Below, one piece after another: positions 47,022 through 60,385 of a stretch of 64,000 nucleotides of DNA; position 1 is the first letter of the stretch; each line of letters begins with the position of its first letter. The stretch spans positions 930,001 through 994,000 of the forward strand of contig CM030338.1 in the NCBI GenBank assembly GCA_017654855.1. Reading direction: 5' to 3'. Source of the stretch: Podospora anserina (taxonomy: Eukaryota). The notes under the pieces are model-generated. The model had not been told where the DNA came from, made no database searches, and was given only the letters and a program-made list of their open reading frames with translations. The position numbers were made by a program, and so were the translations under genes.

Positions 47022-47742
47022 TGACGGTTACAATCTGGATCTTACAACACAATCTCATCTCCAAAGTCCCGCTCGCCCCTCTGCCTCTGAAGGTCCAACC
47101 AAAACAAAAACCGAGACACGGAAAACCGCATAACGAGGCGAAGCCGCGGTGTGTTAACGACCTGTCACCAGGTCAAAATACTATCAGTGGGTGTTGTACA
47201 CCTTACATGTATCATATCATACCATTCCACCACATGTCCATAGGTAGATCTTGATATAGGTTTAGGGGGCGCCAGAGTGGAGCCAATGAGCGATGCTCAG
47301 CACATGCCAAAAAGCGAGCGCCGCAGCGGTGCGGCTGTGGTCTGGTGATGTCACAGCAGTGGACCCACCAAAAATCCCCATCAGTCCCCAACGGTTCATG
47401 ACAGTAGTTGGCATCCTCAACGATCCGATGAAAAAAACGGCTGCCACTGCATCGTTAATCAAGCACTTTGGATGAAATTGTATACCAAAGAAACTCTCTC
47501 TTTATTTTCTTTGTCATCTGAACCTCAACACTAGTTGGTTGTCATTTACCTTCCTGCCACGTCCCTGTCGCATAAACCCACTCGCCGATCCGAGAGCAAA
47601 CGGCCATTGCCGTGATTTTCCTCAGCAACCATTTCAGTCCCCCCACTGATCGAAACCAACCTCGTGATGATATAACACTACTTCGAGACCGCCGCCTTCG
47701 TTACGCCTTTGCGCATTCGTTAAACCAGGACCACTGGTCACC

Positions 47743-49618
47743 ATGATACCCTTCATAAACGCGCGTATGGACGCCCCTCCAGATGAGTTGTGGGTGTCGG
47801 TTTGCTGACGTCGTCTGTCTCTTATAGCATTCGTTTGGTTAGCCGACAAGATCGGCGCTGGCCCAGATGAGTGTACGTTTGTTCTCTATAATAGTTCTGA
47901 GCTGCAAAATCGTATGATTGCTCTGGGTGCTAACGTCGTGCGGAACAGTAAAACTCGTCTTCTCCTTCCTCCTATCGTATCCTCTCGCCGGCCTCCTAAA
48001 AAGAGTTCCCGATGCGCGGCCCGAGTTCAAAAACCTCTTCTCGATTTCGATCTCGTTATTCTACCTCGTCGGACTGTTCGACCTCTGGGATGGCCTCCGG
48101 ACGATTTTGATCTCTGCGATCGGGACATATGCCATCGCGAAATACCTGCGGGGCTCGCCGTACATGCCATGGGTCGGCTTCGTTTTTTTGATGGGCCACA
48201 TGAGCGTCAACCACATTGCGCGCCAGCAAGCCAACAGCCCTCGTTCAGTCGACATCACGGGCGCCCAAATGGTCGCGGTCATGAAGCTCAGCGCCTTTTG
48301 CTGGAACGTGGCTGATGGCGTTCTTCCCGAGACCGACCTCTCCGACTTTCAGAAAGACAGACGCCTCGTGGAGCTCCCTAGTCTCCTCAACTATGCGGGC
48401 TATGTCTTCTTCTTCCCCAGCATGCTCATCGGTCCCGCATTTGATTTTGTTGAGTACCGCAGGTGGCTTGACACTACCATGTTTGAGGTGCCGGCCAATG
48501 TTGATCCGTCCAAGAAGCCGCCTACCCGTCGCAAGCGCAAAATCCCCCGCAGTGGGACTCCCGCCATGAAGAAGCTAGCCCTTGGTTTGATCTGGACCTT
48601 TTCGTTCCTCAAGCTATCCGCCCACTACTACCCCGAGGTGCTTTTGGAGGATAAGTTTGTGACGTATGGGTTCCTCCACCGGCTGGTGGTGCTGCACATG
48701 GTTGGCTTCACCGCGCGCTGCAAGTACTATGGTGTCTGGACCATGACAGAGGGCGCCTGCATTCTGGCTGGCCTGGGTTTTAAGGGTGTCGACCCCAAGA
48801 CTGGAAAAGTGTCTTGGGAGAGGCTCCGGAATATCGACCCTTGGGAGGTGGAGTTTGCACAGAACACGAGGGGGTACTTGGGGGCGTGGAACATCAATAC
48901 TAATCAGTGGTTGAGGAACTACGTCTACCTGCGGGTCACGCCTAGGGGGAAGAAGCCTGGGTTTAGGGCTAGTTTGGCTACTTTTACGACTTCGGCTTTC
49001 TGGCATGGGTTTTATCCTGGGTATTATCTGTCGTTTGTGCTGGCGAGTTTTATTCAGACTGTTGCGAAGAGTATGTTTTCTTGTTTCGCCTGTTTGTTTC
49101 ATTAACTCAAGCTAATTATTTTGTCTGCAGAACTCCGCCGTTTCTTCCGCCCCTTCTTCCTCGACCCCAAGACTCAACAGCCCCTTCCCTCCAAGAAGCT
49201 TTACGATTTCGCCTCTTGGATCACGACCCAGCTCACGTTTTCGTACGCGGCCGCTCCGTTTCTGATTCTGTCCTTTTCGGGCTCGGTTACGGTTTGGGCG
49301 AGGGTGTATTTCTACGCCGTGGTTGGGACACTGGTCTTGATGGGCTTCTTTGCTTCCCCCGGAGTCAAGGTTGTGAAGAAGGCGCTGGAGCAGCGAAATG
49401 CCAAGGCGGGGGTTGTGACTGATAAGAAGAGCGGGGATTTGAAGAGGACGGCGAGCACGGACAGTCTCAGCTCGAGCAGGGAGCCGGTGATGGGGATTTC
49501 GGCGGATATGGAGGAGGAGCTGGATGAGATGGTTAGGGAGGTGAAGAGGGAGGTTGAGGTTAGGAGGGCGAGGAGTAGGGAGAATAGTTTGGTGAAGGAT
49601 ATGAAGAAGGCGATGTAG
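47743..49618 (+). CDS. ALE1: MBOAT lysophospholipid acyltransferase Ale1
   Basis: PDE|LKLVFSFLLSYPL, DITGAQMV..MKL, KYYGVW, AWNINTNQWLRNYVYLRV, TSAFWHGFYPGYY (catalytic His). Three introns. Confidence 0.94.
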
Positions 49619-51086
49619 GTGGGGGGTTTGAAAGGGGGGAATATATTGGGGGAAGGAGGAGTGTGTAGATAGGAAAGGAGGACGGAGGTTGATATATCCA
49701 TTTTGTGTGATTTGTTGAAGCATGGCGATGGGACAGGGTCAATGGGTAGATTTTGTGCTTTGTCTATTCCTTTGCTGGCTACATGGTTAGGGGAGATTTT
49801 GCTGTTGAATATATGGGTTAGAAGAGACGTCAACTGGGTTATGAAGTATGTTCAAGAGTATTCTAGGTCTTCAAATGATCATTGAGTCCTTTGGCAGATG
49901 GGGAATGATAGTCACAAACCGCACACACTCGGTCGCTGGGCTGTTCTAGGTTTTTCGTGGACGATGTCGAGGAAGACAGCCCACAAGTCAGGCCACTGCC
50001 ATTGACACGATATAAACAACAAAAATCTCGACCACGTAATCTAGATATTTGTTGGGTAGAGAGATTTTCCATCGATCACTGGACACTTTCCAGAGCACAT
50101 CAGATAAAAAAATGACCCTGATAAAAAATGTTTTTGCATTACGTTTCGCACATGACTATCGTAATACCGCATAATCTTTCGCAGCTTCTTTCTTCCCCCT
50201 TTCCTCCAGCTGCCAAACCCGCCGCCGCCCCCTTTCCAACACCTCCTCCCTATCTTCCAAGGGAGGGGAAGGAGGGAGGTAGCTAACCAGAAAACAAGAT
50301 TTAAAAACTAAGTAATAAGTATAGGGTGCCGTTGTAAATAACTTTCTCCCCCAACAAATGATGATGGTAATACAGACGATAAGAAAGAAAAAACAGGCTT
50401 TGTGTGTAAAGTATGTGTATACTTCCCGTCTTTGCTCTCCAACCGCCAGAAATAATCCCTTTCGCCCCGACTCCCATAATGGCATTTGGAAATCCAAAAA
50501 AAAAAAAAGCAAACAAGGCAAAAAAAACGACGGGGTATCTCCGATTGTTCGTTGTTGTTCAAAAACGCCCGCCCGGTCTTCTCTTGGCTCTTCCACCTGT
50601 GCTGTAGCACGAGGATGTACATGATAAATAAATGATAGTAACGACACGTTTGAAAAAAGATATGAAGCGAAATCTTGAAAAAGAAAATTCGTTGGCTGCG
50701 AAAAAAAAAAAGGAAATGGGCTGCCAAAAAGGCATCTCATTAATCCGTCAAGATAAAGAAAGAAAAAACCCAATGCTCTATTTTGAGGTTGCAACGTCAA
50801 AAAAGAAACCGTCAGGCATTAAGTGTTTGTGCTGTCGTCGAAGCTGTCGTAGAAATTCGTTCCGGTAGATGTTTGTATATGTATTGAGATGGGCCTAGAA
50901 AATGCCCGAATCGTTGTGACCGTGTGTTTGGTCGAGGTTGGTCCAGTCCAGGTGAGTGGATGGATGTACAGCGCACGTGCGAGTGTATGTGGTAGGTTTG
51001 TAAAGATTGTGTAGTGGTCGGGGCCCTGGGTTGGGCATAGTGATATTTGTGTATGATTGTGAGTGAGTGATTAATGTGATGAGTTT

Positions 51087-53855
51087 CTATGGCGAGTTTT
51101 GTCCCCATCCTTGCTGAACACCAACAACGGCCAGGGCGATGATGGCGCCGATGATGAGAAGACCGACAACCGACATGATCCGGTTCAGGTTCCTCCACCA
51201 CCGCACAGCTTCAAATCTCCTCTCGTCTCCAGCTTGGGGCTGGTAACGGTATTCGGGTTGCTTCTCTCCCTTTTCGAGAGAGTACCGCTGGGGCAGTGGC
51301 AAGAGAGCTCCGGCCATCCAGGCGAATGGGAAGATGAAGCCAATGATGAAGAGCACCACCTGAATGTTCCGCTTGCCCATCAAACTGGTATCGGCCGACC
51401 AGTTGATGCTGGGTGGGTCCCACATGCTGTAGCGGCTGGCGCGTCGATCCTGACGAAGATGTGGGGACCAGATGCTGGATGTCTTCTGGCGCAATGTTCT
51501 GAATACGTTATAGTCTTGGGCAGGTGCTTGTGAGATACCCATCTCCGATTGTCCGAAAAAGGGATGGTCGCCGGGGACTTCTCTCGCGCGTTTCCTGGGG
51601 CTGTAGATATTAGGTGGGAACTGCTCGTCGGTGGGTGAATCCCCGTCGTTGTAGAATCTTGAGCTGCCCGGCCTGCTACCGCTTTCCGAGATAGACATGA
51701 AAGAAGGAGACCTTCCGAGCCAGCGTCTTTCGCCCGATCCATAGTAGACCTTGGCCCAGGCGGGAACCTCGGAAGTGAAGCTGTTTCCACGAGAACGGGA
51801 GCTACCGCTGGAGTGAAGGCCTCTACTGGAACTGTTGGTGGTGGTAAAGTAACTCGAGAGCGCTGCCCTGGAGGGTCTGTGCTCCAGGTCCGCAATTCCA
51901 TCTCCGTGCTCGTCCTGATCACGCACCATGCGGATCTGTGGACTCGCTCTTGACAAGCTCGGCTGCGGTCGGTGAAGAGAATCGCTCCCTGAGCTGGTAT
52001 TGGCGCCTTCTTCCAGTTGGCCAGCGATGGACGAGGAGACACTGGGCATCTGACGACTGTGCATGGAGCTGACCCATCCGGCGCTACTGCGACGACGGTG
52101 ATGGCCGCCGGAGGACTCGGATAATGGCGAAACAGATCGGGTAGGCATTGGGCTGCTTTCAACTTCGCTTTCCGACTGGACGGTGGAGAGCTGTGAACTC
52201 CATTGATGGGGAGTCGCGGTAATCATCGAAACCGATGGTCCTTGTGTGTTGGAACTCTCAGGCCTGGAGGAGGATCCTGTGGTTGGTGGCGCCAACCATG
52301 AGGGTAGCTGCGAAGAACTGCTCGATTCACCTCCACGCGCGGCCCGAGGGGACAGCAGCCCAAGGTTGACGGTAACTGGAGGCACCAACAACGCCGGCTC
52401 CGGCTTGCCAATAACAGAACCGACGCTCTTCAAGGAGTGGACAGAATTAGTGCGCGAGCGAAGGTTCTCACGAGACCGTTGCTTGTAGTATCCAAAGTTT
52501 TCGTACGACTTCTTCTTCGCTGGCCTGAGCGGCGCGACTCGCAAGCTCTCCTGGGAATAGCTTGGACGAGGCTTCTTGGCTACGACGATGACAGATCCGG
52601 ATGGCGACGGTGACGCCTCACCATGGACGACGTAGTTATCGTTCTCCCCTGTTGACGACGAGGCTGAGGATGCCAATGGGCTGTTCTTGAAAGCAGGGGC
52701 CGGGGAGGCTTCACCCAAGACCTCCCAGTTGGAGGTGCCGGGTCGGTTGAAAAGGAGACTGTCGTTGGACTCTTGAGCAGGCGATGAGCCGGGACCGTAG
52801 ACCTTGTAGTTCGTGCTCACGGAGACAGTATCGATGCTTTGGTCGGACACAGCAGACGTAAAAGACGTCTTCGACACGATAGTCTTGGGCGGCTTGGTGG
52901 GTGTCACCTCTTCCTCCTTGCCGGTAGGGTCTTCAATCAGTGGGGAGAGAGGTCTGTCGGAGGGCAGCGAGTCTGCTAGAGGCTCCTTGATGGCGGGGGG
53001 CTCGGGCGTCTGGGCTACCTTTCGCAGGCCACCGACCATGCGGTAGTTCCAAGGGGACGAAGAGGATGCAGGATTAGGATCTTCAGCTAAGTGTATGGTT
53101 GAAGAGCCCGGAGATGAGAGTGCAGGAGAGGGCGGCTCAGATGGTGTGTGATCCGGGATGAAGGTGCTTACACCCGTCATGGGGGTCTCTGAGCGACTCT
53201 CGGCCCACGAGAGGATCGAAGGCCGTTCATGCGTGCTCGATCTGGACGCATATGACAGGGTAGGGGAAATAAGGCTGTCGCGTGCTGGGAGCGGACTGGG
53301 CGTGACAGAGGACTCTGCTTCTGGGTCATTGCGGACAAGGGTGAAGGTCTTGTCAGGGTTGGTGATGATGATGGTGCGTCGTCTGGAAGGGGCCCTTGAC
53401 GAGGACCTGGACCTGGTGGTAGTTTGGGACGACCCAGCTGGGGATGGCGACTCGCTTACGCGGGAAGATCGAGTCGATGTAGGATATGTCGTGATGTTGG
53501 GCGAATCTTCAGACGCTTGGCCCACCCCCGAGGGGCTGACCAAGGGTTTCATGCCTGAAACCCTTTCACTCCTCCCCCGCTCCAATGGGGCACCCGCATT
53601 TGTCACCTCTGCAAGCCCGCTGCTCCTGCTCCTCGAGTGTCCAACAAGTCGGATGGTCTGGTCGCTGCTTCGGTTGGAATTGCGGCTTGGTGCATTGTCG
53701 CGCAGTGAGAGCTGGCTTGGCGCGCGCTCATCGCCATCGATTCTCGGCGGCGTATATGGGACGAGACGGATACCGGACTTGGTGGCGCTCTCTGATTTTG
53801 ATCGCTCATGGAGCGGTGTTGATGGCGGGCCATGTCGGCTATCGGGCGCCGACAT
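51087..53855 (-). CDS. Serine-rich, largely disordered protein with two C-terminal TM segments
   Basis: 922-aa single-exon ORF. Conserved-looking islands WNYRMVGGLRKV, PAWAKVYYGSGE, WSPHLRQDRR; TMs VVLFIIGFIFPFAW and IMSVVGLLIIGAIIALAVV. Confidence 0.85.
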   Translation of the reverse strand: MSAPDSRHGPPSTPLHERSKSESATKSGIRLVPYTPPRIDGDERAPSQLSLRDNAPSRNSNRSSDQTIRLVGHSRSRSSGLAEVTNAGAPLERGRSERVSGMKPLVSPSGVGQASEDSPNITTYPTSTRSSRVSESPSPAGSSQTTTRSRSSSRAPSRRRTIIITNPDKTFTLVRNDPEAESSVTPSPLPARDSLISPTLSYASRSSTHERPSILSWAESRSETPMTGVSTFIPDHTPSEPPSPALSSPGSSTIHLAEDPNPASSSSPWNYRMVGGLRKVAQTPEPPAIKEPLADSLPSDRPLSPLIEDPTGKEEEVTPTKPPKTIVSKTSFTSAVSDQSIDTVSVSTNYKVYGPGSSPAQESNDSLLFNRPGTSNWEVLGEASPAPAFKNSPLASSASSSTGENDNYVVHGEASPSPSGSVIVVAKKPRPSYSQESLRVAPLRPAKKKSYENFGYYKQRSRENLRSRTNSVHSLKSVGSVIGKPEPALLVPPVTVNLGLLSPRAARGGESSSSSQLPSWLAPPTTGSSSRPESSNTQGPSVSMITATPHQWSSQLSTVQSESEVESSPMPTRSVSPLSESSGGHHRRRSSAGWVSSMHSRQMPSVSSSIAGQLEEGANTSSGSDSLHRPQPSLSRASPQIRMVRDQDEHGDGIADLEHRPSRAALSSYFTTTNSSSRGLHSSGSSRSRGNSFTSEVPAWAKVYYGSGERRWLGRSPSFMSISESGSRPGSSRFYNDGDSPTDEQFPPNIYSPRKRAREVPGDHPFFGQSEMGISQAPAQDYNVFRTLRQKTSSIWSPHLRQDRRASRYSMWDPPSINWSADTSLMGKRNIQVVLFIIGFIFPFAWMAGALLPLPQRYSLEKGEKQPEYRYQPQAGDERRFEAVRWWRNLNRIMSVVGLLIIGAIIALAVVGVQQGWGQNSP

Positions 53856-56307
53856 GGCTCCGGAATGCTGGGTGAGACGGCCGGCGTGCGGGGCCGGGAG
53901 GCTCTCGATCCGTCGGGTCCGGTTGTGAATTCAGAAAGTGGACAGTCAGATCTCCATAACCGTTTCATACGCACAGTCCGGAATGGAAGGAGGCCAAAAA
54001 GAAGAAAAAAAATCAGACGTCGTCGCGAAAACGTGGTCGAGTGGCGTGTTTCTTTTGAAGATGAAGGGTACCCTGTCTTGAGATTGTGTTCGCGCGTGAG
54101 TGACGTACGCTGGGTTCCTGGTCGTGATGCGTTCAGGGAGTATACTGGGGAAAATGATTCAGCTCAGCAAGGCGGCTGATCAGGCGGGCGGGCGGGCGAA
54201 GGCGATGGAGCCTGTGTCGGTACGATAAAAATTAAATGTCAAAGTTGCAAAAAGAGTGCGTTGAAGAGAATCGAAGAAGAAACGACTGGCTAAGGTTGGA
54301 TTCAAAAGAGGGTGGGTGGTGGTAGGTAGAATATTCAGGCCGGAAGCTTAGAGCATTGTGAAGTGGTGGTGGGATGGCGAGACAGCGGCGTCTGGTCAGA
54401 AAAGCTTGAAGCACCGGGATCCAATAGGTGCAATGCTATCCCGAAGAGTTGAAGGCGGGAGTATGCGACCCAAAAGAAGGACGGCCGGACAAGGCGGCTA
54501 CGGCTACGGCTGCTCTCTCTCCTCCACGCGACACAAGAGGTCGCCACGGGCCGTGGGGGTGGGTGGTGAGAGGTTCGTGGGTGAGAGGGAAAAAAGGATG
54601 GAACGGGAGTTGGCCGGAATGGAGGGTACCTCCAAGATGAGAGAGAGTGTGTGTGTTGCGGAGTCGCGGAGGTGGATGGTGGTCGCAATTAGAGATTGGA
54701 TGATACGGAGTACTGAGGAGACAAAAAAAAAAAGCTCAGTATGCCGCCGATTGGTTCGCTGGCCAGCGTCTGTTTTGCTATGCAGCATTCAGGAGCTGCC
54801 ATCTCAACGAACAGCGGACGAGAACCAGAAATGCCCAAGACAGTGGGCGACACCGCTTGACCGCTGGAAAGTTTCCAGAACAAGGCTGAGAGTTTAATTT
54901 CGCGTACCCACTCTCTGCAGCGCTGTGATAGGGTGAAAGCCATCGCTACCGGTCGCTAACTGTCCCAATTCGACCTAGCCAGCGTCCGTCCGGCCTGGAG
55001 TTTCTTCCATTCTGGGGTCAACGGGGCTGTGTCACGCAACATCGAGGCTAGCGTTTCGACGTCTTGATCTTCAACCTCGCCAAAACGAGTTTCGTTGAAA
55101 CTTTGGCTTGGTCGGGAGGAACGATGATGCCCTCCCGCCGACACTTCTGGGCCGGTGATGTTGCAACCAAGCTCGGGGCGGCCGGCGAGTGGTGCCAACT
55201 CTCCGCTCTGTCCTCTGCAGCCATGTCCCCTGCATCATCCCTCGCCTGTTGTCATCAAAACATCAACAAGATGATGGCCGTCGATGGTGTTTGATAGTTG
55301 ACACAATGGCTGCACCTGTGCCCAAGAACATTCGCTGCAATTGCTCTGTGGCGCCGGCGAGTGCCACGGCAACACAGGCCGAATCCCTTCACTGACACCT
55401 GCAACACTGCAGCATCTGCAGTTTGTCACATTGCCTACTGCGGGCAGAATGGAGCCTGGGATACGTGTTCGACGGTGGTGAGCGACTGTGGAAAGCCCAG
55501 ATGCAATCGAGATGCGGCTGTCGAGCTCGGCAGGGGACGCGCCTACTACTGTGGATGTGTTAATTAAACTGTTATGCAAAACAGACGAGCGCGTACCTGA
55601 TTCGCGTCTAGTTCGCGTTCAATTTGTGCATTTATGCCGACTACGGCCTTTCATAAAGCTTTACAATGAGCAGCTCAATGCTTCAGAAGTTACAAACAAA
55701 AAAAAGATAGAAAGTGATGTGAAAGAACTGTCAGTCTTGCCATGCATAATCTAAGCATTGTTCCGAGGACACAATTAAAGCTAATGCAATAACATGTCGG
55801 CTTAAACAAAAGGAATGCAACGTAGAAAAAGGCAGCTAAACAAAATTCCGGTAGTCCCGCAACTGTGTCAAGCTTTGAGTATAGCACAACTCCAACCAAC
55901 AACAAACTCCCCGCCTTCCTAGTCCTGGGAGGAAGCATTGTGGGCAAATCCCAGATGCAACGTCGAATAAAGACCTCTAAAAATAAGAAGAAGAAGGCGG
56001 TTGTTGATCGATCGGGACACACACGGAACCCACCACACCCACGCGACGATTCGGTGGAGCAAAAAACGCGAGCATCTTCCTTCCCGTCCGTCTGGGAAAG
56101 TTTGACAGAAACCCAAGAGTTTGCTTGGCGATTGACGATTCTTGAAACGGGACCCGATTCGGCAGGCCCTCGTCTCACAAGCATTGATCAACAGCCGCAG
56201 CCGCGCGCTTTCCCCTGACGAGCGTCTAAGCAGGAGGCGCACTCTCACAGCCTGACGTTACTACTCAAACAGTCAGCAGGCTAGGCTTGTATAATCACAA
56301 AATCAAG

Positions 56308-57385
56308 ATGCCAGCTCTTGGAGAAGTGCTCAAAAAGTTCAACCCCTGGCACAAGGGTACTTACCACCCCCCCCAACCCATCTCACGTCACACAAGATAT
56401 CTGACACCGTCTCACAGAGGAAGAGCCCCTACCACCACCCTTCACAGCTTCGACAGCCTACCTGCTGTTGGCCCTCTACGCCCTCATCTACTTCATCCCC
56501 TTCTACCTCTCCCCCACCACCCGGCCATCGCCCACCCTCTCCCGCGATGCCCCCTCGGTGATCCGAGCCCGGATCCGTTCCGTCTCCCTGTCCTGTGCCA
56601 TCTGCACACTCACCACCTCCCTAATCCTCTCCCGCTATGCCTCCCTCTCACCATCAGCAATCTTCCATCTCCTAGGAGTCTACCCACTAGCCCTGATCCC
56701 AGCAGTCAAAATCCTCTTTTTGACCGCCCTCCTCTTCCTGGGCCCCTTGTACAGCTACTTCATAGTTGAAAAAGGCTACAAACAATGGTCCACCCTCCTC
56801 CCACTGCGAGAAACCGTAACAGAATGGACCGACTACCGTAATTACATCGCTGTACGTCTCCCCACCATTCTCCCACCCCCCCACCCCCCTAAATATTAAC
56901 AAAAGTTTCAGGGCCCAATAACAGAAGAAATCCTCTTCCGCTCCTCCTCCCTCCCCCCCCTCCTCCTCTCCCAGGCCCCCCTATCCAGCACCCTCTTCCT
57001 CTCCCCCCTCATCTTCGGCCTCTCCCACATCCACCACTTTTACGAATTCCGCCTCACCCACCCCGCCGTCCCCGTCTCTGCTTCCCTTTTGCGGTCCGTA
57101 TTCCAATTAGGGTACACCACCCTCTTCGGCTCCTACGCCAACTTCCTCTACCTCCGCACCGGCAGCCTCCTCGGCGTCTGCGCCGTCCACGCCTTCTGCA
57201 ACTGCATGGGCCTCCCCCAGGTCTGGGGACGGGTCACAGACGAGAACGGGGACAAGAAGATCAACCGGCTCTGGACGGTGGGGTACTATGTCTTGCTGGT
57301 GGCGGGGGCGTGGTCGTGGTACAGGAATCTGTGGGGGTTGAGCGAGAGTGTTGAGACGGGGTTGGTTGGGGTTGATCAGTGGTGA
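56308..57385 (+). CDS. RCE1: CAAX prenyl protease 2 (Rce1, CPBP family)
   Basis: RNYIA|GPITEEILFR, FGLSHIHH, FQLGYTTLFGSY, HAFCNCMGLP motifs. Two introns (56357-56417, about 56852-56911). Confidence 0.93.
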
Positions 57386-57834
57386 TATGATTTAAAAAAG
57401 AGAACAAAAAAAGCATGTTGGGGTTGGGTTGGGGGTTGGGTGGATAATGGCTGTTGGAAATCATGTTGTTGGTCAGGTGTTAAGTAGGTGGTGGGGGATT
57501 TATATCAATTTAATAGCATCAGATATGTAACCAAAATCACTGTTGAACACATTCAAATACGTTTTACATGGTCAATATCGCATTACACCACTCCCCGTCG
57601 TCCCCACCCCGCCTATTCTTGAGATACATTATATAACTCATACCCATTCCAAACCCGCCTCGCCCCTCATCGTCCCTCACGCCCAACCGAACACAAGAGC
57701 CCCAGCTCCCAGTCAGCCACGGTCTCATCATGCATCTTTGTTTGCTTGCGTCTGCCTCTGTCAACTTTCACAGCCCGCCCTCCAAAATAATACGCCCAGT
57801 CATGCAACGCATACGCGCGTTCGTACTTGCAAGT

Positions 57835-57936
<102 letters not shown>

Positions 57937-58315
57937 AGAGAACATGATGTTATGCAGGTTGTACGCCGTTTACAAAAACCAAAAACCTTGTCCGTCCCCC
58001 CGCCCTGCCTGCCTGCCTGCCCGCCCGCCTTGCCTTTGCCAAAACACACTTTCTATGCTTGTTTTGGAAATGAAAAAGAAAAATAGATCATCCACTAAAA
58101 TGGCTAAAGGCTAAAAAGGGGGTCCCGAGAACGCGAAAACGTCATGTACAGGAAAGAAAAGAAAAACAAAAAGTCTCGATTCTTACGCCTTCCGCCGAGA
58201 TCAGGACCAGGAGGGAGTTTCGGGTCGGATGGCGAAAGAATCATGCTTTGGAAGGGGGCACCGCCAGAGGTGCGCTGTGAATACTCAAGTTGGCCCTTTG
58301 TTGACTCATGAGTGC

Positions 58316-59674
58316 TCATGAGTTGGCAGCGTCCCTGTTGCTCTTGGCGCTGGCGCTCATGTTGGTGGTAGGAAGGGACAGAGCCTCCTGAGCCTTTTGG
58401 CGAACCTTGGCCCAGGCAAAGACAAGACCACTGACGAAACCCAGGAAGATGGCAGTAACACTGCCGAAGGTGACGGGAGCATCGAAGAAAATGAGACCGC
58501 TGACGGCGATGGGGAGCTTGTTGAGGGCACCGACCATGGAGTAGGTTGTCGAGGAGGTGATACGAATGCACCAGGACGAGCAGTACGAGATGAAGATGGC
58601 GGCCAAACCGGAGTACACCATTCCAATCATGAGCTTGTTCTTGGTCTCCTCGGGGAAGTTGCGGGCAAGGTTCTCAGACGACCAATCCTCAAACAGCAGG
58701 GAGAAGACAACCAAGACGGGGATGGTAAGGAGGTTGTTGTAGAACATGGCTATTGGGTGTCAGTCTACTGTACTTCGATCGTCGTAGTCTCGCCAGAAAC
58801 TTACTGTCATAATCCTTGAAGTTCATCTTCTTGATGACCTTGCGCATGCCAAGCACATACGCAGAAGTGCAGATGACGTTGATACCCATCCACGCGTAAC
58901 CGGCGTTCAGGGTCGACAAAGCATCCTGCTTGTCGGGGGAGATTCCCACACCATCAATGGCAGCCTGGATATCAGCCCAAGCAGCAACGACGGAACTGAG
59001 GACCATCAAGCCGAAAGACAACAGGGTGATAGGGGTGACGCTGCCACCGAACCAAAGAACCTCTCCATAGGCGATCACAATGATGGTCAAGTTCTTGAAG
59101 ATGGTGTAGACGGGAACGGAGAGGAACTGGAGGGCCTTGGCACCGGTATAGATCATGCCGACGAGGAGCAGAGAAATAGGGAACCCTGAAATTGTACGTC
59201 AGCCAAGAGTTCGAATATCTGAAACAACAAAAAAAAAAGCAACATACATTTCTTCGCCTTTGTCGAGTCGAAAGGAGCGAGGTTCTTGAGAATACCGGTT
59301 TGCTTGAAAGCCAGGATCGCTAATGTGCAGACGGCAGACTAGATCGCCATGTTAGCTTCCAACTGTTCATCCCATCCCTTGGAACACCGTCACCGCCACG
59401 AGAGAGAGTTGCACACCTGAATAGCAAGATAGAAAAAGTTCAGGTTCCATTCTGAGCCAGACACAACGTATTTGTTCACGACTGTCATGCTGATAGACGC
59501 CAGGCAGTATGCGAGAATGGAGGCGCCGGGGCTGTGATCCAACTTGTCGAGCAGGCCAGGCTCCTGGCGCACACGGAGGGTGGCAGGCGAGGCCCGGCCG
59601 AGGAAGGGATCCTTCTCCCCTCCAAAGTCATCGCCGCCCCTCATCTCGATATCTTCGTTCTTTTTATTTGACAT
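58316..59674 (-). CDS. VRG4: Golgi GDP-mannose transporter
   Basis: [53 protein letters not shown] (GALNK motif). Three introns. Confidence 0.96.
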
Positions 59675-60385
59675 TCTGGCGTTTGTAGGAAGCGGTTTTT
59701 CGTAGGATCGTCGCCGTCGAGATAGCGAGTGGTTGTGTTTCCGCGACGGAACGCCAGGGAACGAAGGGTATCAACGGGCGCCGGCTCAACTAGGGACCAA
59801 GCGAATGGCTGAAGGGCGCTGAAGTGAGAAGGCGTTCACCACTCTCCCAGCGTTCTGGTGGTGGTCTGTCTCGTCGCCGTGGGGGTCGTCGGGCAGAGGG
59901 CGGTATGGCGGGATGGCTATGTCGGACGCGTGGAAGGAGAGAAAACACAAATGCTGTTAAATTGGCAACGAATCAACCTCTCTGCCCCTGTCGAGCGGTC
60001 GCGGCTCTCCTTTGTTGGTTTCTTGGCGAATGGTTTGGTGTGGGACTGTGGGGCACAAGAGAAGTGGAAATCCAATGTTTCAGAGCCAGCCTAACCGATA
60101 GCTGCATAACTTCATCCGTCATTCCAGCAGTGCCAGCCATATGCAGCTATGCAGTAAGTATACAATCACGAGGCATCTGATGAAGACAGAATTACGCATG
60201 CCACTTGGAGTGTGGATGAACGTTATTTCCAGCCTCCCTGCTCTTTGGGAAGACTCGGTTGGGACCAACCCTGGAAGTGCTAGACTAGTTCCACGGCCAT
60301 TCATCTGAAGAGCTCCGACGGTCAAGTTAAGCTTCTGAGTCCATGCCAGACCCGAGTCCAAGTCAATAATACATATATGTCAGCC

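Noticed and set aside
50895-51086. About 63 open codons after the TAG of the Ser-rich gene
   Set aside because: The C/A-rich strand makes stops rare and the peptide lacks coding-like features. Much weaker than the HAP5 case.
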